Assembly (NCBI RefSeq): GCF_009914755.1
Contig: NC_060926.1
Origin: the human T2T-CHM13v2.0 reference genome, Homo sapiens
DNA length: 64,000 nt
Strand: one strand, 5' to 3'
Made by a program: the position numbers and the translations under genes. The notes under the pieces are model-generated. The model was not told where the DNA came from. It did not search any database and was given only the letters and a program-made list of their open reading frames with translations. Below, in pieces: positions 15,801 through 32,592 of the stretch (its first letter is position 1; the number at the start of each line of letters is the position of its first letter).

Positions 15801-18410
15801 ATTTATCCATTTCTTCTAGGCTAATGAATTTGCTGGTATATAATTATTCATAATAGTCTCACGATCTTTTGTATTTCTATGGTATCAGTTGTAATGTATC
15901 CTCTTTCATTTTTAATTTTATTTGTGTGACTCTTTTCTCTCCTAGTCTAGTTAACAGCCTGTCAATTTTATCTTTCACAAAACCAACTCTTAGTTTACTT
16001 TTTCTGTTGTTTTTTTGAGGCTCCATTTCATTTATTTTTGTTCTTATCTTTATTTCTTTCCTCTGCTAATTTTGTACTTAATAATAGTTTGTTTTTCTTT
16101 TTCTAGTTCCTTGAGGCATAATGTTAGGTTGTTTGAGATCTTTCTTCTTTTATGGTGTAGGCATTTATTGCTAGAAATTTCCCTCTTAGTACTGCTTTTG
16201 TTGTATCTCATAGGTTTTAGTATGTTGTGTTTCCATTTTTATTGGTTTCAAGACATTTTAAAATTTGCCTTTAAATTTCTTCTTTGATCCATTGGTTGTT
16301 TAGGAGCATGTTGTTAATTTCTATCTATTTGTGAAATTTCAAAGATTTTTCCTTTTATTGTTCCTGGTTTCACACCATTGCAGTCTGAAAAGATATACTT
16401 CATATGATTTTGATCTTCCTAAATTTGTTAAGGCTTGTTTTGTGGCTGAATATATGATTTGTCCTGGGGAATGTTCTATGTGCATTTGAAAGGAATGTAT
16501 ATTCTGCTGCTGTTGGATCAAATGTTCTGTATATGTCTATTAGGTCCATTTGGTCTAAAGTGTAGTTCAAGTTCATTGTTTCCTTATTGATTTTATGTTT
16601 GAATGATCTGTTCATTGTTGAAAGTAAGGTACTGAAATTCCCTACTATTATTGTATTATAATCTGTCTCTCCCTTCAGATCTATTAATATTTGCTTTTCA
16701 TATTTATATGCTCTGATGTTTGGTACATATATATTTGCAATTGTTATATCCTATTGATGAACTGATCTCTTTATAATTATATAATGATCTTATTTGCCCT
16801 TTTTACAGTTTTTGACTTAAAGTATATTTTGTCTGACATGATTATAGTTACCCCTGCTTTCTTTTGGATTCAATTTACATGGAATATCTTTTTCTATCCC
16901 TTCACCTTCATTCTATATGTGTCCTTAAAGGTAAAGTTAATCTCTTGTATGCAGCATATAGTTGGGTAATTTAAAAAAAATCCATTCAGCCATGCTATGT
17001 CTTTTGATTGGAGAATTTAATTCATTTACATTTGAGATAATTATTGATAGGAAGAACTTATTGCTGCCACTTTATTACTTTCTGATTGTCTTGTAAATCC
17101 TTCTTTCATTTTGTTCTGCTATTATTTTCCTGATTTCATTAACTAGTTTATTTGTATTGTCTTGTAATTTGCTGAGCTTCTTTAGAATACTTATTTTGAA
17201 TTCTCTGTCATGTAATTCATGGATCTCCAATTCTTTAGGGTCAGTTACTGAAAGTTTATTGTGTTCCGTTGGTGGTATCATGTTTCCCTGATTCTTCATA
17301 TAGTCTTATAAATGAGTCTGCAAATTTCAAGAAGTAGTCACCTCTTCCAGACTTTATGGACTGGCTTTGGTAAGGAAAGACCTTCACCTGTGGGCAGCAG
17401 GGTGGGGGGACAGAGGCATGCTGGGGGCACTGTAGCATCAGGTCTGGTGTTGTGAGGTACCAAGTGTTGGGGTATGTGGTGGCTCCGAATCTGGGGGAGC
17501 GTTCAGTCTTGCCATTTCAGGCAGCTGGAGTCTGTGATGTTGGCACCTGCTTAGTCCTTTGTGGCTGGGGTCAGCTGCAGGTGCACATGTGGCACTGGGG
17601 GCCAGCAGCTTGCATATGCATAATTGCAGAGGCCAGCTGCAGGTCATCAACACCATCTGCATGCATGGGCATCTTTAGGCTGAGCTGGAGGGGTGCATGC
17701 ACATGTAGCTACAGGGACCAGCTCTGGGAACAAGCACAGTGTGGGGATAGTTGCTGGAGGGCATGGCCAACTGGTTATGCTCATCTAGTTGTGGGGGCCA
17801 GGCTAGCAGCTACTGCAATAGCCTGGCTACAGGAGTCAGCCTTGGGTGCATGCAGTGGTGGGGTTGGAGTCTGTGGTAGGGGGCTCCAAGGCTGTTTTCT
17901 GGCATGCATGCAGTAGGTGCTCTGGGTCCCTGGCCCAGAGAACCTGTGGAGGCAGTAGCTGGGGTGGTTTCAAGGAGATGTGGTGATTTAGGCACCTAGG
18001 GAACACGAGGGCCACTTGGGTGGGTCGGTGGGCTGTGCTCACTGTGGCAGAAGCAGTCATGTGGCTCTGGGTGGCTCCAGTGGGGGACAGGTAGGAGACT
18101 CAGGCACCTGGAGACTGTGAAGGTGAAAAGAAATGCAGTGTCCTCAGTGGTGAAAGCTGAAGGGGGTCCCCTGCTTCTGTGCAGGCAGTTGGTTTCCTCA
18201 GCTATGAAAACTGTAGGATCCTCTGCAGAATATGCTGTTGGGGTTCATGATAACAAACCCTGAGGGGTCCTCTGTGGTGAAAGCTGCAGGTGGTTGTGTG
18301 GTGGTCTTGAGTTCCTCAGCAGGGCTGTTGAGTTCCTCAGCAGGGGTCTGCTGGAGTCCTGGGCTAAGCAGGCCACTGGGGTTTGTGGTGACTTCCAGTG
18401 TGTGGCTGAT
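12810..18410 (-). mobile_element. Long old L1 (L1MA/L1M-type): 3'UTR, degraded ORF2, ORF1 N-terminus, GC-rich 5' region
   Basis: Minus-strand ORF2-like peptides ([39 protein letters not shown]) and ORF1-like MKNQGNMIPP...EFKISILKKL at 17075-17299. Extension of the 5' region to about 18410 is less certain. Confidence 0.85.
14888..15005 (-). mobile_element. FLAM/AluJ monomer nested in the old L1
   Basis: agacagggtcttgctatgttgcccaggct...gagccaccgtgcccggcc. Confidence 0.85.
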
Positions 18411-18497
18411 CATAATACACTTGCTAAAAAGTCAACCCAAATACTTTGGATATGCTTCTAAAGACATTTTATATACATATATGCGAATATACATATA

Positions 18498-18522
18498 ACA
18501 CACACACACACACACACACACA
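18498..18522. repeat. (CA)n microsatellite
   Basis: Directly visible, about 12 units. Confidence 0.95.
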
Positions 18523-18529
18523 GAGCACA

Positions 18530-21500
18530 CTGGCATTGTTGTGTTATGTTTGCCAATTGTATAGGTGAAAAGTAATATGTCATTGAAGTTGTCTCTTTTT
18601 TAAACCAATACAAAATTTATTTTACCTGCACTCTTCAGTTATAGCAAAATCTTCCAAGTGCACAGAGATGTACACATGTATACACACAAATGCACATTAT
18701 AAACATCAACTTGTCATTTTATACAAATGTTAGCGTATTATACATACTGTTCTTGTTCTGCGTTTTTCACCTAATAATATATCTTGGCCATCTTTCCTTA
18801 GTGGTACATACAGAACTTCACGGTTCATTTTTCACAGGTGTATTGTAACAATTTATTTGGCCATTCCCCTACCAAATAAGATTGAGGTTATTTCTAATAG
18901 TAATCTGCTACTACTAACATTGTTGCCATGAATAAATGCATGCAAATATCATTTTGCAGGTGGTGAACATATCTGCAGGATAAATTCCTTAAAGTGGAAA
19001 TGCTGGATCAAGTGTATGCACATTTGTAATACTGTTAAACTTCCCACCATGGGTTGTGTCAATTTACCCTTCTGCCAGCAGTGTAGGAGTGGCCTGTTTC
19101 CCCATATGCTTGTTGTCACAGTGCATCTTGTTTGCCAGTTGCATGGGTGGAAAATGTAGTCGCTTTTGTTTTTTCAAGAAGCCAATATTGAATTTATTTT
19201 GCTCCTGCTCATCAACTTGAGCAAAATCTTCCGAAGTTAAAAGTGCACTTTACTGGCTATTAAGTCAGCCATCATTTTTTTGGGCTCAGGGCCAAATCTG
19301 GCCTGGTGCCTGTTTTCTCTTTTCAAAATATAATTTTATTGAAGCATATCATATACTCACCCATTTCAAGTGTGCAATTCAATAATTTTTCAGCAAGTAT
19401 ATCAAGTTGTGTTCCACTACCACAAATCAGTTTTAGAACATTTCTATCACCCCAATAAGATTCTCTCATTTCCATTAACTGCTAATCCCTTTTCTCTCTC
19501 CTTCCCAGGTGTATTAGTCCATTCTCATGCTGGTATGAAGAAATATCCAACACTGAGTAATTTATAAAGTAAAGAGGTTTACTTGACTCACAGTTCCACA
19601 TGGCTGGGAAGGCCTCAGGAAACTTACAATCATGGTGGAAGGGGAAGCAAACACGTCCTTCTTCACATGGCAACAGGAGAGAGAAGTGCCGAGCAAAGGA
19701 GGAAAAGCCCCTTATAAAGTCATCAAATCTTGTGAGAACTCACTCACTGTCATGAGAACAGCCTGAGGGTCACTGCCTGCATGGTTCAATTACCTCCTAA
19801 CAGGTCCATCCCACAACAAATGGGCAACATGGGAACTGGTATTCAAGTTGAGATTTGGGTGGGAACACAACCAAAGCACATCACCAAGCAAGCACTAATC
19901 TACTTTCTGTGTCTACAGGTTTACTTTTTCTAGACATTTCATATAAATGGAATAACAAAATACATTGTCCATAGTGTCTGGCTTCTTTCATGTTGCATAA
20001 TGTTTCAGTATGGCATAACGCTTTAAGTTCATCCATGTTGTAGCATGTATCAGTTGTGTGCTCCTTTTTAATTGCCAAATAATATAAAGTTGCATGGATA
20101 TACCATATTTTACCTATCTATTCCCCAGTTGATATGTATTTAAGCTGTTTCAAATTTTTGGCAATTATGAGTAATGCTGCTATGAACATTCATGTACAAA
20201 TGTTTTTGTGTGGATATATGTTTTCATTTCTGTTGGATAGAGTCCTAAGAGAAGAATTGCTAGGTCCTTTGGTAAATTTATGTTTAACTTTTTAAGAAAT
20301 TGGCATGATGTTTTCCAAAGTGGCAACATTTTACATTCCCACTAGCAATGTATGTGGGTTCCCTTTTCTCCACATCTTCAGCATTTGTAATTGTCTTTTT
20401 TTTTGTATCCATCCTCATGGGTGTGAAATAGCATTACATTTCCATTTTAATTTTCATTACCCTAATGATGAATAATGTTGAACATCTTTTCATGTTCTTA
20501 CTAGCCATCCATACATCTTCCTTTGTGAATTGTCTGTTCAAATCTTTTGCCTGTTTTTTGACTGAATTGTTTGTCTTCTTATTGAGGTGTAAGAGTACTC
20601 TGTATTTTCTGGCTGTAAGTCCTTTAACAGGTAGGTATTCTGTAAATATTTTCTCCCAGTCTGTTACTTGTATCTTCATTTTCTTAATGGTATCTTTTGA
20701 AGTGCAAAAGTTTTGCATTTTGTTGAGGTTCAGTTGATCAATTTTGTTTGTCAGTGTAGTTTTAATTTGCATTTCTCTTATATGTGTGAGGTTGATCATC
20801 TTTTCATATGTTGAACATCTTTTATTATGTTTCGAATTCATTTGAGTTTTCTTTTCTGAGCACTGTCTATTCACATCCTTTTGCTGTTTTTTGTATTGGG
20901 TTATTATTCTTTTTCTTGTAGAGCTGTAGGAGTTCCTTACATATTAGAAGAAAGGACTCTTGTCTGTGATACCCATCACAAATAATTCTCTCAGGGTGTC
21001 ATCTGTCATTTCCCTTACTCAGGGGTCATTGTTTCCATGTAGGATTAAAACAATTTTGTGTGTGTGGTTGAATTTATCAATTTTTTTTTCTGCTATGATT
21101 TCTGGGTTTGTATCATAATTAGAAAGATCTTTCCCATTCTGAGGTTATGACATATTTCTTTCTTAGCTTCTTCTAGTCCTTTTGTGTTTTGTTTTGTTTT
21201 ATACGTAAGTGTTTGATCCTTTTGGAATCATTCCAAAGTAAAGTATAAAGACTTGGGAATTTAATTTTCTTTTTTCTTAGATGACAACCTGGCTCTTCTT
21301 ATACCATTTATTTCCTTTTTTCCTTTCACATTTGAGATGCTGTCTTTATTATAAATTTCCGTATGTATTTGGGTCTATTTCTTGATTTTCTGTTCTTTTC
21401 CATTGATGTGCCTTTTTAGTCTTTTGTCTGTGCCAGTGGGCTCCTAAGAATATGTTTTCATACCTGGCAAAGCTAGTTCCTCCTCACTATGCTTCATTTT

Positions 21501-22500
21501 CAGAATTCCACTGGTTATTCTTGGTTATTTGCTTTCTACTTAAAGTTTAGTTTGGTCATCCTCCCTGCCTCCTCCCCGCCAATGCCCCAATATAATGCTA
21601 TTGGTATTTTCATTTGGATCATATTATGTCTATAGATGATGTTTAGGAGTCAAGGTATGTATGGTGTGAGCATTCCTACCTACGAGCATGATATGCTTTT
21701 CCATTTCTTCGCATCCCTCAGGAGTGTTGTAAGCTTTTCTTCACGTAGAATGTACATTTATCATTAAGCTTATTCCTGGGCATTTGACCTTTGCATTGTT
21801 GCTGTTGTAAATGGTCTCTTACATTACATTTTCTAGCTAGCTACTGTTTGCATGCACAACAGCGATTGCTTTCTGCATGTTAATTTTGTAATCCCCCCAT
21901 CTTGCTTCTCATATTATTTAAAGTAGTTTTTTAGTTTATTCTCTTTGCTTTTTTGCTCTTTAGTTTATTCTCTTTGCTTTTCTAAGTATTGAACATATGT
22001 GCAAAAGGTGATCATTTGCCTCTTCTGTTCCCCTTTAGAACACTAGAAAGGGGATATATTATTTAGTAGTTCCTACAGGACAATGGTAAATAATAGTGGT
22101 GATGATGGCCATTCTTGAATTTTTCCTGACACTCACTAGTGGAAATGTTTCTAGTGAATTTCTTTAAGCATGACACTGGGTTTTGAATTAAGAAATATTT
22201 TATAATGTTCAACAAGTATCCATCTATTCCAATTTTGTAGAGTTCTATTTTTAAATATCAAAAATGGATGTTAAATTTGTAAAATGCCTTTGCAGCCTCC
22301 ATAGTGAGGAGCTTATGGTTTTCCCTTTTGGATTTTTTAATACGATGCGGTGCATTCATAGACATCCTTAACCCAAACCATTCTTGCATCCTGGAATAAT
22401 CACCACTTGTGGTGTTTTACTAATTTAATGTGGTGCTGGTTTTAGTGTGCTAACACGTTAGTTAAAATGTTTGTGTTAATACTCATAAGGGAGACTGATC
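18530..22500 (-). mobile_element. Cluster of ancient L1M (MB/MC/ME) fragments
   Basis: T-rich degenerate antisense L1. ORF 20434..20874 gives ORF2-like NFCTSKDTIKKMK...DWEKIF. Confidence 0.65.
19510..19883 (-). mobile_element. MaLR solo LTR (THE1C/D or MSTA-like)
   Basis: tgtattagtccattctcatgctg...gggaaggcctcaggaaacttacaatcatgg...ccaaagcacatca. 5-bp TSD ccagg/ccaag. Confidence 0.85.
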
Positions 22501-23607
22501 TGTGTCTTTTTTTGTGTTCAATCTTTTTTGGGGGTTTTGATTCAATGTTATGCTCGTTTCATAAAAAGTATTTGTATTATTTTTGTTTTATTAATATATA
22601 TTTCACCTTGTATGTATATTGTTATAATGACAATGCTTGGCCTATTCTCTATTCATACTATGACTACAATGACTACTATTACTGCTACTGTCAACGTTAG
22701 TAACAACTGCTACGATTTTCTGAAGGGTTTCAATATGCCAAGCTCTGTTCTAAGTACCTCACGTGTATTGTCTCATCTAATTATTACCTCAGTGCAGGGA
22801 GGTAGACGTTGCTAGTAATCTCCATTTATAGATGAGAAAACTGAATCGGAGTGTGGGGGGATGAAGCTTGTCTAAGGTTGCAGGTCTAGTGTGTGGGGGA
22901 ACTGTGATTTGTAATCACCATGCCGTTCTGACTCTTCAATCATCTGTCTTTCAAGGCTAAGCTGCTTTGTGGTCTCCTCTGTTCTCTTTCAATGTGTTAA
23001 CCAGACATTCTCAATTTTCTTTTGACTAGTATTTTTTAATGTTTCTCATGGCAATTTAGATGTTCTACCAACATTCTTAATCCTATAATCGCTACCTTTC
23101 TAACTGAACATAAAATGTGTCTGGATGCTTGCCATGGACTTTCAAGACACAACTTGTGCCTGGCAATTTAGCTGGCGGGACAACACCTAAACACATAAAA
23201 AAAGTGAAACAACCCCAAATCAAAATGACAATCACTCAAGGCAGGGCTTGACAAACTGCCAAATAATAGGGTCAATATTTGGTGCTCATGGAATTCAGTG
23301 AAGGAGGGAGGAGTCCTCTAGAGGGCTGAGGCAGCCTTTGGGAGCAGAGGCTGGTTTCTGATGGAGAAGTGAAGAAAGAGCAATTCCTGTGTGCTTAACT
23401 CTGAGGGCTCTTGGAGGGGAGCACAGGGACACAGGGAGGCTGACAGCAGGGTCAGTCATGCTGAAGTCCTGAAACCCCGAGCTAAAGCCTGTATTTTACT
23501 GCTGCAGAGAACTTCATGTTACTTAACGAATTCCCTGTTAAAGAACATCAGGCTGTTTTCTTCTTTGTCAATGCAATAAACAAGGCAGACGTGAACAGCA
23601 TCCATGG

Positions 23608-24172
23608 CAGGGGTCAGCAAATTATGGCACATGGGCCGGCTCTGGCCGGCCGCCTGCCCATTTTTGAAATGAAGTGTGATTGGAACACAGCCATGCCCAT
23701 CATTTACATGTTGTCTATGGCTTCTCTGATGCCGGTATTAGTCCATTCTCACATTGCTATAAAGAACTGCCTGAGACTGGGTAATTTATAAAGAAAAAGG
23801 GTTTAATTGACTCACAGTTCCACATGGCTGGGGAGGCATCGGGAAACTTACAATCATGGTGGAAGGGAAAGCAAGCATGTCTTACATGGTGGTAGGAGAG
23901 AGAAAAAGAGAGAGCACAAAGGGGAAAATGCCCCCTTACAAAACCATCAGATCTTGTGAGAACTCAGGATCACAAGAACAGTCTGGGGGAAACCACCCCA
24001 ATCAGGTCTCTCCCTTGACATGTGGGGATTTGAGATGAGATTTGGGTGGGGATACAGACAAAGCATATTAATGCCATATTGGTAGAGTTGAGTAGTGCCA
24101 GCAGAGAATGTATGTGCCACAGCCTAAAATATTTACTGTTTGTCCTTTTACAAAAAAAGGATGTTGACCTCT
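23608..24172. mobile_element. MER58-like hAT MITE interrupted by an MST/THE1 LTR
   Basis: Ends caggggtcagcaaa ... gttgacctctg. Internal cctaaaatatttactg motif. Confidence 0.7.
23734..24070 (-). mobile_element. MSTA-like MaLR LTR
   Basis: gtattagtccattctcacattgctataaagaactgcctgagactgggtaatt... TSD atgcc on both sides. Confidence 0.8.
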
Positions 24173-25236
24173 GGCCTATGACAACTTCTGTTATTATTAT
24201 TTATTTAGTATAAATTCCTCAAAGAGCATTTATGAGCCAAAGCACATACACATGAAAAGTTTTGATATTTGTTTGATCCACGTCACTTAAAAATGTCATG
24301 CTAATTTACATATCCAGTAGCAATGTATGAGAGTGACTTTTTCCCACATGCACACCAACTCCAGTCATTACAATGACTTAAAATTTTTACCAGTCCTATA
24401 GGTGAAAACAGATATGGCAACATTACTTTATACATGTAATTGCCAGTGAGTTTTAAAAATTTTTCTTGTGTTAAATTCCTGTTTATATTCTTTGCTTTTT
24501 TATCAGGGTGTTCCAATTTTTGTTATTATTTTCCGAGAAATATTTATATATGAAAAATACCCATTGTCATACATGTTGCAAATGTTTTTCCTCAGTTATC
24601 ATATACCTTGAACTTCATTTGTGATTTTTTTTGGCCATTTTGCTATTTGAGTTTTGTGTAGTTAAGTATATGAGCAGATTCTCTTCATGTTATTTGCCTA
24701 TGGTGACATGTTTATGAAATTTTTCTCCAATTCAAACAATTTCTTTAGTAATTTGTGGTTTAACATTTTTACATGTAAATATTTAATTCATCTGAAATTT
24801 GTTTTGTATAATAAGGAAGGCTCTACTTGATTTTGCCAAATGGTGAGCCAGTTATTATTTATTAAATAATATTATTTATTAGTCTGTCCTTCCCCATTTA
24901 TTTGGAATGTCATCAGTATACTACTGAATTCTGATATATGTACCTGACTAAGTTTCTGAGCACACTATTTTAAAGTCAGACTCCTTGAGTATGAACCTCA
25001 GCTCCACAACTAATTTGGCCAAATTTTTGATCTTCATAGTTTGGAAGAATTAAATGAGTTGACTTATATAAAGTGCTTGCATGGTACCTGGCACAGAATA
25101 TTTGTCCAACAAATGTTATCTGTTATTTTTGTTGTTATCTGTCTATTCATTTTCCAACATTGTGGTATTTTGGCTACTTTATATCTTTATAATTTGTTTT
25201 ATATCAATATGGAAAGTTCCCTATTATAGCTTTTTT

Positions 25237-27713
<2,477 letters not shown>

Positions 27714-29336
27714 TGATTTTAATTGGAATTGCATTAACTTCATAGAATAATAAAAAGATAGTGTGTATTTGTACTTTATTGAGTCTTTTTATCCAGATAA
27801 ATAATTGTTCAGTCTATCATTCAAGTCTTCTTTCATTTTCTTCAGTGAGATTTTGTCAGTGTAATTCTGTACAATCCTGTATAATTTGTCAATATAATTT
27901 CTTGTTAAATGTATTGGGTTTCCTAGGGAGATAATTACATCATGATCTTAAAACAATGATAAAATTATCACTTTAAAATATTTATCACTTCTTTCCTTTT
28001 TCTTATTTGTTTGGCATTTTTTATAATGTCCAGGGAAATATTCACCAATCGTTCTGATAGCAACTATTCTTTCTTGATCTTGACATTTTTTTCCAACAGA
28101 TTTAACCTAACAATTTTATTTCCTTAAAAAAGAAAACGTTTTTAATTTAATTTAAAAAATTAGAGACTATGTTCTCATGGCTGTAAAACTAGTATTATCA
28201 TTATTAAGAAAAACTAAATAAATATTGAGCACTTACTATGCACTCAATTCTGTGATTTTAAAGAATCGTAAAATATGGTTCTTGCCCTCAGAAGGTTTAT
28301 AATCTCATGGAGAAGATAAGCCTTCTGTTCTTTTGTTCAGCAAATATTTGTTGAATGTTTATATATGCAAATTAAAAGTCCTTCCTCTTGAGAAGTTGAC
28401 AGGCTAAGGAAGAGATAAAGCATGCACATGAATGTTATGATACAAGCTTGTAAATGGTGAACCAGTTTAATAGAAATTCAAATAAAATGCTGTATGTTTG
28501 AAGGCCCCCTACATTAAAAGAAAGGTGTCCATGTGAAGTAGCGTAGGGTAAATGTCAAATGAATGATGTTAATAGCGCAGGGCTTTAGAGGAAGGGTTAG
28601 TCACCCAGGTTGTGGGCAGTTGGGGAAAATTTTACTCAGGAGATAAGACAAATTGCCCTTATTGATTTTCATTTTGACAATGCCTCTAATGCCTCATCAT
28701 TGAGTATAATGCAAATCTTCTCTTGGTTTCTATGCTAAATACTGTGAAGCTAAGAAGAGTTTTCCTATTCCTAGTTTATGAAGACATTAAAAAAATAGTT
28801 TTAAATGTCAATTTCATCAAATGCCACTGAAGCATCTATAGAGATGATCAAAGGTGTTTCACTCGAAAAAAGGCAAGGAGCTGGGTCTTGACAGCGGAGC
28901 AGGAGCTAAGCAGAAAGGCACCCAGAACTCAGGAAGAGCATGGCACACCCAAAGGAGCAGTGGCATGAGCCAGAAGCACAGGTGAGTAGGCTGCTGGAGC
29001 CAAGGGCCTGCTGAGGAGGTGGGGCTTGGAGATGAGGGGAGAGGGAAGCTGGGACCAGAACACAAAGGGCTCCTGCAGCCAAGCTACTCAGAATTTACTA
29101 AGAAAACGACCTTCACACATCATCACATCTCTTTCAAAGGTAAGACGGGAAAAAAAAATGAACTCATTTTGAATAAATATGAAAGTGTGTACAATGATGA
29201 ACACCCAAAAGTATTTCCATGTAAATATTTGTAGGAAAATAACCAAGACCTAATAACGCTATAAACTCATTAATTTTAAAGTTTAAAGAAATGTCATTTG
29301 ATATATTTACATTTTATTTCTCAAGCATATTTGTAC

Positions 29337-29421
29337 CTGTTGTATGGTCTTGTCAGAAAAAATAATAGCTGACCCTCCTTCTTCAACGTCAGGGTAGTCA
29401 GGAAATGTCCCGGTTAAATTT
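29337..29421 (-). CDS. IQCA1: IQCA1 internal coding exon (85 nt, phase 2 to 0): (R)[28 protein letters not shown]
   Basis: Minus-strand acceptor ttttttcctgcag|AAATTT and donor CAACAG|gtacaa. Phase fits both neighbouring exons and the peptide continues the IQCA1 sequence. Too short to appear in the ORF track. Confidence 0.95.
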
Positions 29422-30250
29422 CTGCAGGAAAAAAAATAGCAAATTAAAATGGAAATGAAGTCCTCTCTTGTTATATACCCCATTTATTTGCTTATGTTCA
29501 TTTAAATGAGTGATGGTCATTAAGGGTGGAGGGTTCCCTGTAGATCAAGGGCTGGGCATGGTGTCTTGAAGAAACTGAAGGTACTGATTACATTCAGTAG
29601 CAGGTTTCCTTCCTCTAGAGAATTGTTAGTCTGATGCAAACATCTCTCTTTAAAACATATTGTACTTTTTTTCCTCCTTTTTTTTTTTAATGTTGAGATG
29701 CTCTGTGTTTAAGAATGAAGACAGAAGCACAAATAATTTCTTCCTGTTTAAAATTGAGGATAAACACAGGATTTCAAACTAAACGAAGGATGGAGTTGTG
29801 GAAATTACACAGTTAGTAATAATTGTGAAATATACACCCATGCTTTAGGTTTTAGTTAAATCTGAGGCCCTATGTTTTATGGGTTGCAAATAGTATTATT
29901 TTTCCATAATCACATAATTTCTACATTTTAATAAAGCAGACTTTGAAATTTAATGTTGAGAATTTCAGAAGGGGTAGACAGATAGTATTCTTAAAAGAAG
30001 TTGACTTTGACATGAATGTTATATTTATTGTACGTAAGACTATCTGCCAAGTTAGTTCCATTAATTCACAGAAGTACAGAATCTGAGGTTTAGAGGTGAC
30101 CACCATGTTTAAAATGGCCCTTAAAAAACTGGTTCCCAAACTTTTGGCCTCAGAAGCCCTTTATATTCTTATTAATTTTTGAGGATCCCAAAGAGTTTTT
30201 GCTAGATGACTTACAGCTATCAATAATTTACTGTGTTAAATATTAAATCT

Positions 30251-30412
30251 GGCTGGGCGCAGTGTTTCACGCCTATAATCCCAACACTTTGGAAGGCTGA
30301 GGTGGGAGGATCACTTGAGTCCAGGAATTTGAGGCTGAAGTGAGCCATGACTACACCAGTGCACTCCAGACTGGGTGATAGAACAAGATCCTATCTCCAA
30401 AATAAACAAATA
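30251..30412 (+). mobile_element. Alu monomer (FAM/FRAM-like or internally collapsed AluJ)
   Basis: Left-arm 5' end runs straight into a right-arm-type 3' end and A-tail within about 160 bp. Confidence 0.8.
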
Positions 30413-31484
30413 ATTAAAGCTTAGAAATGTATAAAATATATATTTTAGTTAATTTAAAAATAAAGTAAGCTCATTATATGTTAACATAAATAACATTTTA
30501 TGGATAATAAATATATTTTCCAAAACTAAAAGAAAAAACTAGCGAGAAGAGTGTCACAGCTTTGCATCTTTTCAAGTCTCTTTTGTGTCTGGCTGAATGG
30601 CAATTAACCGGATGCTTATATCTGTTTCTGCACTCAGTCTGTGGAAATCTTTTGTTTTGGTTGAAGTATAGGAAGAAAATCTGGCCTCAAATGGAAGAGT
30701 ACATAGAACAAGAAGTATTTTAATAGCCCTTTTAGCTAACTGTGAATATTCTGCTTTGATACTACACCACAGCTAGACAACTGGTAGCTTCCTACAGGCT
30801 AGCTGTGATGTGGAATCTGAACCCATATCAATGAACTTTCCCCCTATCTGTCACATGAAAATCCATGGATTTGTCTCGTGCCTGGAATAGACCTTTTATC
30901 CATGCATGATTTTTTGTCCTCAGGTCTCGGTCACTGGAAAACGATGCTTTGCAGAATTATGTGGGTGTTCCCACAGTTGATACATTTCATCATATTGAAA
31001 AGCACATTAATTAATAACACCACAGATCTTATAATGGAAGGTCTAAGTCATGGGAACCTCTCCAACTCATAGGAGTGAATACAAATTTTCCAAAATCATA
31101 TTTTTTTCTGGAAGGTTCAAATTTTACCATTGGCAACAACTGTTGTTGACGGTTTGTTCTTCTTCAGGTTCATCTGATTCACTTTTGAGGAAAAGTCTCC
31201 CCAAAACCCAAAGTCCAGAGTTTGTCAGTTGTTTTCTCAAGGGAAAGATGATGTTCCATTAAGAAATGGCTGGTTCAGTCTGAGCCTTAACCCCCTCACA
31301 GGTGTTTCTTGGAGACAATCTTCACGTTTTGGTATGCAGCAGAAGGGATTTATAAGCACTGCTGATTTTGTCACATAGAACGTTAAAAAGCTATGTGTTT
31401 CAAGGGTCAAGTCTGAATAATATTATTTTTTACTGCATCCTCAAGAACATTGTCAAATAAAATAAAAGTCGAAGGAAAAATAAT

Positions 31485-32592
31485 AATTTTAAGTTGTGGG
31501 GTACATGAGCAGGATGTGCAGGTTTGTTACGTAGGTAGATGTGTGCCTTGGTGGTTTGCTGCACAGATCCACCCATCACCTTAGTATTAAGCCCAGAGTC
31601 CATTAGCTATTCTTCCTGATGCTCTCCCTCCCCGCAACACCCCTGCCCCAACAGGCCCTCCCCATGTGTCCACGTATGTTGATCCCATGTGTGTTGTTCC
31701 CCTCCATGTGTCTGTGGGGGACACAGGGTTCTCACTGTTCTCACTGTTCAGCTCCCACATATAAGTGAGAACATGCAGTGTTTGGTTTTCTGTTCCTGCA
31801 TTAGTTTACTGAGGATAACGGCTTCCAGCTCCATCCATGTCCCTGCAAAGGACATGATCTCATTCCTTTAATATTCCATGGTGTATATGTACCACATTTT
31901 CTTTATCCAGTCTATTATTGATGGGCATTTGAGTTGATTCCATGTCTTTGCTATTGTGAATGGTGCTGCAATGAACATATGCGTGCAGATATCTGTATAA
32001 TAGAATTATTTTTACTCCTTTGGCTATATACCCAGTAATGGGATTGCTAGGTCAAATGGTATTTCTGCCTCTAGATCTTTGAGGAATCGTCACAGTCTTC
32101 CATAATTTCCTTCCACATTCCCTTTTCTCTGCAACCTTGCCAGCACCTGTTGTTTCCAGACTCTTTTATAATCACCATTCTGACTGGCGTGAGATGGTAT
32201 CTCGTGATTTTGATTTGCATTTCTCCAGTGATCAGTGATGTTGAGCTTGTTTTGACATATTTGTTGGCCACATGAATTTTTTTTTTTTTTTTGAGAAGTG
32301 TCTGTTCATGTCTTTTGCCCACTTTTTAATGGGGTTGTTTTTTTTCATGTATATTTGTTTAAGTTCCTTGTAGACTCTGGATATTAGACCTTTGTCAGAT
32401 ATATAGATTGCAAAAATTTTCTCCCATTCTGTAGGTTGTCTGTTCACTCTGATGATAGTTTCTTCTGCTGTGCAGAAACTCTTTAGTTTAATTAGATCCC
32501 ATTTGTCAATTTTTGCTTTTGTTGCAATCGCCTTTGGCGTTTTCATCATGAAATCTTTGCCTATGCCTATGTCTTGAATGGTATTGCCTAGA
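31485..32592 (-). mobile_element. 5'-truncated L1PA (about PA8-10) 3' end
   Basis: ORF2 C-terminal peptides ([26 protein letters not shown]) and 3'UTR. Confidence 0.9.

Noticed and set aside
19160-19280. Possible retrocopied mRNA 3' end on the minus strand (AATAAA about 18 nt before a short A-tract)
   Set aside because: No TSD or recognisable source gene; the signal is too short.
21929-21982. Short tandem duplication tttagtttattctctttgctttt (and ttgagttcctcagcaggg x2 at about 18308-18345)
   Set aside because: Ordinary slippage duplications inside decayed L1 sequence.
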